This document shows positions 48,259 to 56,194 of a DNA stretch of 58,562 nucleotides, in pieces. How positions within the stretch are numbered: position 1 is the stretch's first letter; the number at the start of each line of letters is the position of its first letter. This DNA is from a virus (Duplodnaviria; Caudoviricetes): positions 1 to 58,562 of the IMG/VR virus record IMGVR_UViG_3300002461_000269; one strand, written 5' to 3'. The translations under genes were made by a program, and so were the position numbers. A model generated the notes under the pieces. It did not search any database. It was given only the letters and a program-made list of their open reading frames with translations, and was not told where the DNA came from.

Positions 48259-48714
48259 ATGCCCAAGATCATCGTGCACGTCGCTGACACCACCGGCCGC
48301 GAATGCGCGACACCTGCCTTCATCAATGGCAAGAAGGTGGTCTACCCCATCAACACACCTTTCGAAGCAAGCGACGATCTGCTGGCTCTTCTCACGGACA
48401 GCAGCATGACAGTCGAAGTGCTCCCCGAAGGGGGCTCGCCGTCGGCTCCGGTCGATGACGAGGGCGCCGCCGAGGATCATGGGGGTGCCGGCGGCGCCAT
48501 AACCATCGAAGACGAGCCGGAGGCGGAGCCCGAAGCCGCAGAGAGCATCACCCAAAACCCGCAGGAAACTGCGGAAAATGGCGCATCTGAGCCCGCAGAG
48601 AGCACCACCCCCGAACCGCACCCGCTCGACCATGACGGCGACGGCAAGCCGGGCGGTTCGCTCCCCGGCCCCAAGGCCACACGCACCCGCAAGAAGGCCG
48701 CCCCCAAGGCCTGA
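48259..48714 (+). CDS. Hypothetical protein
   Basis: GGAG RBS. Acidic, with HPLDHDGDGKPGGS motif. Confidence 0.7.
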   Translation: MPKIIVHVADTTGRECATPAFINGKKVVYPINTPFEASDDLLALLTDSSMTVEVLPEGGSPSAPVDDEGAAEDHGGAGGAITIEDEPEAEPEAAESITQNPQETAENGASEPAESTTPEPHPLDHDGDGKPGGSLPGPKATRTRKKAAPKA

Positions 48715-48739
48715 ACCCCTCAGATAAGGAGAACCCCCC

Positions 48740-49354
48740 ATGTCGACCACGATCAAGATCGAAGACGCTGACCTCAAGGTGCTGCGCGACCATGCCGAAA
48801 TGCTGGGCCTTGAAACCAAGCCCGCCATGAACCGCACGACGCTGATTGCCTTGCTCAAGCGCTCTGACCCCGACCTTACCGAGATCCCCTTCACGGCAGA
48901 AGCGCCGGCGCCGGTGGTCAATCTGGCAGCACCAAGCGCAGCCGCGCCGATCATTCCGCCCGCGCCTGACGTTGAGGTCATCGCAGGCGGTAACTCCGAC
49001 GGGCTGATGCCGCACTACAGCACTGACCCCAAGGTCGAGCTGATGATTGCCAAGACCACGGAAACGACCCGCTCGAAGGACGTGACCGTGGCCGTCAATG
49101 GCGACGTGTTCCGTATGCAGCGCGGCCAGCGTGTCTCTGTGCCCTACCGCGTCTATCTCGCGTTGGAGATAGCGATCGAGAACCAGGCCATTGATACCGG
49201 CGAAGAGCGCAACGGCTTCCCGGTGCGTGACTGGCAGGCGGTCAATTCCTACCCGTACACTGCCTTCAAAATGCCGAGCGACGAGGAAATCGCAGCCTTC
49301 CACGCCCGTACCGATAGCGCCAGCGCGAGCATGTCGCGCGCGCGCGCCGCATAG
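48740..49354 (+). CDS. Hypothetical virion-associated protein
   Basis: TAAGGAG RBS. DVTVAVNG...RGQRVSVP. Confidence 0.7.
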   Translation: MSTTIKIEDADLKVLRDHAEMLGLETKPAMNRTTLIALLKRSDPDLTEIPFTAEAPAPVVNLAAPSAAAPIIPPAPDVEVIAGGNSDGLMPHYSTDPKVELMIAKTTETTRSKDVTVAVNGDVFRMQRGQRVSVPYRVYLALEIAIENQAIDTGEERNGFPVRDWQAVNSYPYTAFKMPSDEEIAAFHARTDSASASMSRARAA

Positions 49355-49366
49355 GACTGACGCCCG

Positions 49367-50047
49367 GTGGCAACCTTCCTACAGCTGGTCAACGACGTGG
49401 AGCGGGAGAGCGGGACTATCTCGCAATCCCAGCGCTTGACCACTGTGGTGAACCCCATCGGGCGGCAGGAGAAGATTGTAGCCTGGACGCGCCAGGCTTG
49501 GGAAATGATCCAGCGCGATCGTTCGGATTGGACGTTTAAGCGCAAGCAGTTCACCGGCGATATGGTCATCGGCCAGACCGCCTACACCGCGACCGCGCTG
49601 GGCATTACCGACTTCGGCGGCTGGGAGACAAGCAACCCCCACTTCATGCCGTTCACGATCTATGAGGATGCGCTGGGCCGGGCTGATGAAACCCGCCTGC
49701 GCGTGATCGGCTTCGATCAATGGTTCGATTCCTACGGCATTGGCCTACCCACAAGCCTGCGCCCCAACGTCATTGCGCTGGGCTGGGATCGAGGCCTGCA
49801 CATCGGGCCGCCGCCAGACAAGGCGTACAAGCTGCGCGGCTGGTACAAGCGCAGCATCCAATCCCTGACCGCTGACAGCGATGTTCCGTTCATCAACGAG
49901 GACTTTCATCAGGCGATTGTCTGGCGCGCGCTCATGCTGCTGGCCGAGGACGATGAAGCGCAGTTCGAGATTGCGACCTCGGGCCGCGTCTACGAGTCCC
50001 TCTATTCCCGCATGGTCGCGGAATACACCTCGACGCTGGAGGCCTGA
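49367..50047 (+). CDS. Head-tail adaptor protein
   Basis: TFLQLVN start, GPPPDKAY and FHQAIVWRA; position before the nozzle gene. Confidence 0.75.
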   Translation: MATFLQLVNDVERESGTISQSQRLTTVVNPIGRQEKIVAWTRQAWEMIQRDRSDWTFKRKQFTGDMVIGQTAYTATALGITDFGGWETSNPHFMPFTIYEDALGRADETRLRVIGFDQWFDSYGIGLPTSLRPNVIALGWDRGLHIGPPPDKAYKLRGWYKRSIQSLTADSDVPFINEDFHQAIVWRALMLLAEDDEAQFEIATSGRVYESLYSRMVAEYTSTLEA

Positions 50048-50049
50048 CC

Positions 50050-52155
50050 ATGCCCCAGCAAACACAGACCTACGCATTCGCCGGCGGGCTCGATACCAAC
50101 AGCGCCGCACTGGCGACGGGGCCGGGCTACGTCATTGCTTCCATGAATTACGAGCCGCTGGCCGAGGGCTATGGCCGTGTCGAAGGCTTCGAGCGCTTCG
50201 ACGGTCGCCCGGCACCTAGCACCGTATCGTGGTGGCTCTTGAGCTTTGACGCTGGCGAACAGGTCATTGCGCAAGGCGACGTCATCACAGGGGGCACAAG
50301 CGGCGCCACGGCAACCGTGATCGAGCCGCCCATTGGCTTTACCGGAACGTGGCCGGGCGGAACCGCAGCGGGCACCCTGCTGCTCATTGGCTTGACCGGC
50401 ACGTTCATCAACAACGAGGTGCTGCTCGTCGGTGCGACCCCCTCGGCGCTGGTCAATGGCATTGCGGCCGAGAACAGCGCCGACACCGAGGCGCTGATTA
50501 CGCTCTACACCGAGCTTGCACAGACGTGGCAGCGCTTGACGATCGAGGACGTGCCCGGCGAGGGGCCGGTTCGCGGCGTCGTGCTGCATAACGAGACGAT
50601 CTACGCCTGGCGGGACGCGATAGGCGGCGCGGCTGGCCTCATGTGGCGCTCGACGTCGGCAGGCTGGGTGGCATGTCCTCCGGTCTGGCGCATTCCCTTC
50701 ACCGTCGGCACAAGCCAGATCAACGAAGGCGATACCGTCACCGGCGCCACAAGCGGCGCAACGGGCGTCGTCCTGCGCCTGCGCCTCGACCTTGGCACCT
50801 GGGCGGGCGGCGATGCGCAGGGCGCGCTATGGCTGACCGGCGTAACCGGCACCTTTGCCCCGGCCGAGATCCTGCGCGTGAGCGGCGTCAACCGGGCAAC
50901 CGGCGGCACGATTGCAGCGCAGCCCTTCCCAGCGGGCGGCCGCTACCGCTTCATCCGTCACAACTTCTTTGGTGCGGCGAACCTTGAGCGCATCTACGGC
51001 GTCAATGGCGTGGGCAAGGCGTTCGAGATCAAGGACAATGCCCCGGTATTCATCGACACCGGCATGGTGATCGACGCGCCAACGCGGATCTTCGAGATTG
51101 GCAATCACCTCGGGCTGGTGTTCCCCGGTGGCTCTCTGCAATTCTCCGGCACAGCTGACCCGCTGGCATGGACCGTTGTGCTAGGCGCCGGCGAAATCGG
51201 CTTTGGCACCGAGGTCACCGACGTGGTGCAGGCCAACGAGACTGCCGTTGCCATCTTTGGCGAGAAGAAGATCGGCACCCTGACCGGCACCGACGTCAAC
51301 AACTTCCTGCTGGATATTCTGACCGAGGAAGCCGGCGCTGACCCTGATAGCGCACAGCGCATCGCCCGCACGGTCTACGTCGACAAGCGCGGCCTGCGCG
51401 ACCTTAGCGCGACACAGGCGTTCGGCAACTTCAAGACCGGGGCGCTATCGGGCAAGTTCGAGCGCTACTTCCGCGTCAAGCGCAAGGCACGCGCCTCGAT
51501 CGTGGGTTCGTTCCTGTCGCGCACCAAGAGTCAGTACCGCATGGTGTGGGACGATGGCACCGGGCTATCGGTCTACATGGGCGCGCGCGAGCCGTCGGCC
51601 ATGACGTTCGAGCTTAACGGGATGCAGCCCTATTGCTTCGGCCAGGGCGAGCTTGCCGACGGCGAAGGGATCTTTGTCGGCGCCGAGGATGGCTACGTCT
51701 ACCGCATGGACAGCGGAACCAACTTTGACGGCGACCGCATCCGCGGCTTTGTGATGATGCCCTTCAACCACTTCGGCAACACGATGTTGGAGGAGCGGTT
51801 TCATTGGGTGGCGCTGGAGCTTGACGCACCGGCGCGCGCCAGCATCGGGATCACCGCACAGTTCGACTATGCCGAGGGCCATCAGCCGATCGCAGGCGAG
51901 CGCGACTTTGACGTTATCGGTTCGGCCGGCAACAGCGCGTTCCTTGTGCAGGGCGGCGGCGGCAATTGGGACAGCGCGGCGTGGAACCAGTTCTATTGGT
52001 CCGCGCCGGTTGAGGGCACCGCGACGACGACGATTGATGGCGTCGGCCGCAATGCCAGCTTTGTGTTTGCCACCTATGCCGGGCTGACCGAGGAGCCGCA
52101 CGTCTTGCAGGCTTATACCGTGTCCCGCTCTCCCAGGAAGGTGCGCCGGATATGA
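50050..52155 (+). CDS. Tail nozzle/stabilisation protein
   Basis: FAGGLD start, beta-propeller-like composition, GAEDGYVY and WDSAAWNQFYW. Confidence 0.75.
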   Translation: MPQQTQTYAFAGGLDTNSAALATGPGYVIASMNYEPLAEGYGRVEGFERFDGRPAPSTVSWWLLSFDAGEQVIAQGDVITGGTSGATATVIEPPIGFTGTWPGGTAAGTLLLIGLTGTFINNEVLLVGATPSALVNGIAAENSADTEALITLYTELAQTWQRLTIEDVPGEGPVRGVVLHNETIYAWRDAIGGAAGLMWRSTSAGWVACPPVWRIPFTVGTSQINEGDTVTGATSGATGVVLRLRLDLGTWAGGDAQGALWLTGVTGTFAPAEILRVSGVNRATGGTIAAQPFPAGGRYRFIRHNFFGAANLERIYGVNGVGKAFEIKDNAPVFIDTGMVIDAPTRIFEIGNHLGLVFPGGSLQFSGTADPLAWTVVLGAGEIGFGTEVTDVVQANETAVAIFGEKKIGTLTGTDVNNFLLDILTEEAGADPDSAQRIARTVYVDKRGLRDLSATQAFGNFKTGALSGKFERYFRVKRKARASIVGSFLSRTKSQYRMVWDDGTGLSVYMGAREPSAMTFELNGMQPYCFGQGELADGEGIFVGAEDGYVYRMDSGTNFDGDRIRGFVMMPFNHFGNTMLEERFHWVALELDAPARASIGITAQFDYAEGHQPIAGERDFDVIGSAGNSAFLVQGGGGNWDSAAWNQFYWSAPVEGTATTTIDGVGRNASFVFATYAGLTEEPHVLQAYTVSRSPRKVRRI

Positions 52156-54365
52156 CGAGCCCTTGGTACAACCCCACCTTCTTGAGCCGGAACACGCGCG
52201 CGCTGGCCGAAAGCCTGAATGCCGAGTTCGAGAAGATCCGCACCGCGTTTGATCAACTGCCGGCTCCCGGCAGCGTGGGCACCGGGACGAGCGTGGTTTA
52301 TACCCACTTCGCCTATGCGGACAGCATGGACGGGACGGTCAACTTTACCACCGGCTCGCCGGCTGCGCGTGCGTTCATCGGCATTCAGCCCAACTCGGCC
52401 ACTCCGACACCAAGCCCGTTCCCGGTCGATTACCAGTGGAGCCGCATCGGGGCGCCGCAGCAAGACGATCTGGTGCCGGAGCTTAACGCGGTGCAGATGG
52501 AAGCGGCGCAAGCGCTGCTCGATGCTGCGACGGCAATCAGCAATGCAGCCACGGCACAGGCGACCGCAGACGGCAAGGTCACCACGTTCTTCCAAGACAA
52601 CCCGCCGCTGGCCGAGGGCATCGGTGATCTTTGGATCGACACCAACGACGGCAATCAGCTGTACCGCTGGAACGGCACGGCTTGGTCACTGGTGCGCGAT
52701 GCAGGGATTGGCGAGGCCATCACCGATGCGGCGACCGCGCAGGCGACCGCCGACGGCAAGATCGTCACCTTCTATCAGGCTTCGGCTCCGACGGCGGTTG
52801 CGGTGGGCGATTTGTGGATTGATACCGACGACGCCAACAAGCTCTATCGTTGGTCTGGTTCGGCATGGGTGGCTGCGCGTGATGTAGGCAATGCGCTGGG
52901 CAATGTTAACAGGATGCCATTCTCGCGCTTTGAAGGCGGACGTGGTTGGATAGCCACTGGCAGCTTTTCGCCCACCGTCGAAGCCATCCCATTTGAGGGT
53001 CTAATTTTCATTGGCGCCAACTGGACGAACACCGCAGCCGATCAGAACGTCTTTTTACTCAACAACGCATTTCCGGTTAGTCCCGGCGAGCGGCTTTCCG
53101 TTTCGACACAGGTTGAAGGTTTCGCTACGGCAGGCGGCCCTAACCCGAATTTCTGGCAAATATACTTTGAATATTTGGACGGACTTGGGACGCTGGTTCC
53201 GGGAAACACCTTGATTGCGCAAGGGGTGGGCCCGGTTTACGGCGATGTTCGCCACGCGGCCTTTTCAAACGTCCCCGCAACCGCTCGTTTTGCACGGCTG
53301 GTTTTCCGCAGCGAAAGCGCTGGCGCGGGCGCGATGAAGTCAACGATCCTACAGCCGATGGTTGCAAACGCTTCTGCCGATCAGGTGGTGCACCCCCCCT
53401 ACTCCCCCGGTCCGAATGCGGTCGACGGCGCGCTACCAAATGACCTCATCACGGTTGACGGTGGCGGGCTTCTGCAAGGCATCGGCACCGGAGCGGGTAC
53501 GCCGGTAAGCAACATTGGCGTTGTGCTTTCTGGCGTGCTTGCTGCTCGGCCTGCTTCGGGTGCCTTCCTTGGTCAAACCTATGTGTCGACCGATACGCGG
53601 GAGTTTTTCCGCTGGAATGGCAGCGCGTGGGTCACGGCATCAGACGTAACCGCGACCGCACAGCGCAGCATCGAGCCGCAGTTCCCGTCGATCGAGATCA
53701 AGCAGGGCGAGGCAGGCCACACCGGCAACCGCACGGTTACCCAAAGCGCCCTGCGGGGCACCACCGCGCTGACCGGCGGGACGTGGACATTGCCCGCCGA
53801 GAACCTTGGCGCCGGCGATGCGACGATCAACAGCAGCACAGGCACGGTCACGCTCTCGGGCATTGTGCAATCGGGCAGCTACACCGCTCGCTACACGCAC
53901 ACCGACGGCACGCCGACAGACAGGACCGTCCCTGTCATCTATGTGCCGACAGCGCCGGGCGGCGTGGTCAGCGCCAAGACCGGGCGTGCATCGACCACAG
54001 GTGGCACCGCAGGTGGCGGCGGTTGGGAAACCATCCTGACGCTTGTGCTCACAGGCGCACCAGCTGGCCGTGTCAGCTTAGGCGGGGCTGAGGCGCTTTC
54101 GTTCCTGTTCCTGAACAGCGCTAGTGGCACGGCCGACTATGAGGCGCGGCTTCAAGTGAACGGCGCCACCCTCACCAGTGTGGGCACGCAGAACGTCGTC
54201 AGCGGCGGCGTGCTTAACTTCACCAGCTGGGCAGACCTGTTTGCCGGCTCTTACGCGGTTACCGCGGGCACCCTGACCTTCACGGTTCAAATGCGCCTCA
54301 CCTCGGGCGCGGGGACCATCGACACCACCAACACGGCCCTTGAGGCCACAGTGATTGCGAGTTGA
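52152..54365 (+). CDS. Tail fibre / receptor-binding protein
   Basis: LNAEFEKI anchor, two GDLWIDT...LYRW repeats and beta-rich C-terminal domains. Confidence 0.8.
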   Translation: MTSPWYNPTFLSRNTRALAESLNAEFEKIRTAFDQLPAPGSVGTGTSVVYTHFAYADSMDGTVNFTTGSPAARAFIGIQPNSATPTPSPFPVDYQWSRIGAPQQDDLVPELNAVQMEAAQALLDAATAISNAATAQATADGKVTTFFQDNPPLAEGIGDLWIDTNDGNQLYRWNGTAWSLVRDAGIGEAITDAATAQATADGKIVTFYQASAPTAVAVGDLWIDTDDANKLYRWSGSAWVAARDVGNALGNVNRMPFSRFEGGRGWIATGSFSPTVEAIPFEGLIFIGANWTNTAADQNVFLLNNAFPVSPGERLSVSTQVEGFATAGGPNPNFWQIYFEYLDGLGTLVPGNTLIAQGVGPVYGDVRHAAFSNVPATARFARLVFRSESAGAGAMKSTILQPMVANASADQVVHPPYSPGPNAVDGALPNDLITVDGGGLLQGIGTGAGTPVSNIGVVLSGVLAARPASGAFLGQTYVSTDTREFFRWNGSAWVTASDVTATAQRSIEPQFPSIEIKQGEAGHTGNRTVTQSALRGTTALTGGTWTLPAENLGAGDATINSSTGTVTLSGIVQSGSYTARYTHTDGTPTDRTVPVIYVPTAPGGVVSAKTGRASTTGGTAGGGGWETILTLVLTGAPAGRVSLGGAEALSFLFLNSASGTADYEARLQVNGATLTSVGTQNVVSGGVLNFTSWADLFAGSYAVTAGTLTFTVQMRLTSGAGTIDTTNTALEATVIAS

Positions 54366-54370
54366 TCGCC

Positions 54371-54499
54371 ATGACAAGAGCAGAGGCAGTCATCGAAATG
54401 GAAGCCGGCGGCTTCGACGGAGCGCAGCGCCACACCGAACACGGTCAATGGGTGGTCTGGTGGGAAGGCGAGATTGTGATGAGCAGGGATCTGACATGA
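54371..54499 (+). CDS. 42-aa hypothetical protein
   Basis: MTRAEAVIEMEAGGFDG...; fills the gap after the tail fibre. Confidence 0.45.
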   Translation: MTRAEAVIEMEAGGFDGAQRHTEHGQWVVWWEGEIVMSRDLT

Positions 54500-54510
54500 A
54501 GGGAACGACC

Positions 54511-54636
54511 ATGAAGAAAGCACTCTTGATTGCCGCCGTAGCCTGGTTGGCTGCTTGCACGCCTGACGCACCAGGCGGCGAACCGCCGTGCACCGAGCAG
54601 GATTGCCAATCCCAGCCCGATCCGGCGCTGGATTGA
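54511..54636 (+). CDS. Small lipoprotein (41 aa)
   Basis: MKKALLIAAVAWLAA-C, a canonical lipobox. Confidence 0.7.
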   Translation: MKKALLIAAVAWLAACTPDAPGGEPPCTEQDCQSQPDPALD

Positions 54637-54644
54637 CACAGCAG

Positions 54645-55022
54645 GTGCCTGACGTGCCCGCCCCCCTTGACCATTCCGGCAGCACCGAACGGCGGCTTGA
54701 TCGCGTCGAGACGGACGTTGCCGCGCTGTCGTCGGCTATGTCAGGCGTTCAGCATGAGGTTCGCGGCTTTGGGCAGTCGCTAGCTACGATCATCGAAACG
54801 CTAAAGACCCGAGATCAAGACGCCCGAGCGGCCAAGGTCAATCCCTTGGCGCTCGCATCCGTCCTGGTGACCATCATCCTCGCCCTGATTACTGGCGCAT
54901 GGGCGACCGGATCTCAATACGCGCGCCTCGATGAGCGCGACATTCAACGGGACAGACAGGTGGCACAGATGCAGCGCGAGATCGAGAAGCAAGACCGCCG
55001 CCAATGGGAGATGGCACAGTGA
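54645..55022 (+). CDS. Coiled-coil single-TM membrane protein
   Basis: RLDRVETDV coiled coil and TM segment LALASVLVTIILALITGAW. Confidence 0.65.
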   Translation: MPDVPAPLDHSGSTERRLDRVETDVAALSSAMSGVQHEVRGFGQSLATIIETLKTRDQDARAAKVNPLALASVLVTIILALITGAWATGSQYARLDERDIQRDRQVAQMQREIEKQDRRQWEMAQ

Positions 55023-56194
55023 GCTACGCTTATCGCTATGGATATGGGGCGCTCATGGGGACTAGCGCCATGTCATCGGGGGGGGGCACCGTCACAATTA
55101 CCAGCAGCGACGGCGACCCGGCCAGCCTGACAGACAATGGCGATGGCACCTTCGACGTAGTCATTGACGGCGTTACGGTGGGCACGATCACGCAAACGCA
55201 GATCAATGCTGGCGGCTTCATCACGGTTGTTTCGCCTGTCACCGGCATGAGCGGCAACAATGTCGTCCTGACCACGACCGGCTACGTCATTCACGTTGGC
55301 AGCACGCCGATCGAGACTGATGTTGAGGTGTTTGCCGATGGCGTGTTGGTCGGCACTGCGTTGCCCTATGACGCGACCGCCTATCCCGATGCGGCGCTGA
55401 CTGTGCGGTTCTCCTATTCTGTTGGCGTTGATGATCTGGTGATTGACACCACAGCCCGCCTTGCACCTCTTAAGATCATTCAGTTCCGTGACGGTTTTGT
55501 TGGGATTACAACAAGGCCATCAGGCGGGACAGACTTCGCGTGGCCTGCTGCGGCGCGCGGGCGGAAAATGACTGTTGTGATGCGAGTTTCCGGCACGGTT
55601 GGGGCAACGGACGGCCCACCGAACATGGGGACGCTTATCAATGGCCTGAGCGACGGGATTGGATTGACGCAACTCGGCTCTGGCTCGTCAGCGCGTTATC
55701 GCCTGCAAATGGGGGGGATTACGGCCAACCGCTTTAATGTCATTCCCGATGGTGCGCGCACCGTCTCAGTCATGGCCGCTGCGGATTTAGACGGCGGGCT
55801 TCCCAGCGGGGAAACATTTGTTGCCTGGATGAGTATCGACGGCGGGACTTGGACTCGTATTTTTGGGGCCACCGGCACAAGCGCCGCGACGGCCCTTGCC
55901 GTGAGTTCACTTTTCAACACCAACGTCAATGGGAACAATGTCGGCGGTAACGTCGATCTTTACAATCATATTTGGTTTTCAAATGAAGCCATCAACCCCG
56001 CGACAAATTGGCCGAACTTCTTCAACGCAGACGGCTCCGTCAAAGACCTCGGCACCACTGGCGTAATCGGCGGGGTTACCCCTGTTGTCTATGCGGTCGG
56101 TAATGACTTTGTGACCCTCACGAACAGGGGTAGCGGCGGCGGCGCGCTTGGTCGGAACAATTCCCGCGCAGTCCCAACGGTGATAAACGCATGA
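55019..56194 (+). CDS. Tail-associated protein with lectin-like C-terminal domain
   Basis: Thr/Gly/Val beta-rich protein with N-terminal YAYRYGYG. Confidence 0.6.
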   Translation: MSYAYRYGYGALMGTSAMSSGGGTVTITSSDGDPASLTDNGDGTFDVVIDGVTVGTITQTQINAGGFITVVSPVTGMSGNNVVLTTTGYVIHVGSTPIETDVEVFADGVLVGTALPYDATAYPDAALTVRFSYSVGVDDLVIDTTARLAPLKIIQFRDGFVGITTRPSGGTDFAWPAAARGRKMTVVMRVSGTVGATDGPPNMGTLINGLSDGIGLTQLGSGSSARYRLQMGGITANRFNVIPDGARTVSVMAAADLDGGLPSGETFVAWMSIDGGTWTRIFGATGTSAATALAVSSLFNTNVNGNNVGGNVDLYNHIWFSNEAINPATNWPNFFNADGSVKDLGTTGVIGGVTPVVYAVGNDFVTLTNRGSGGGALGRNNSRAVPTVINA

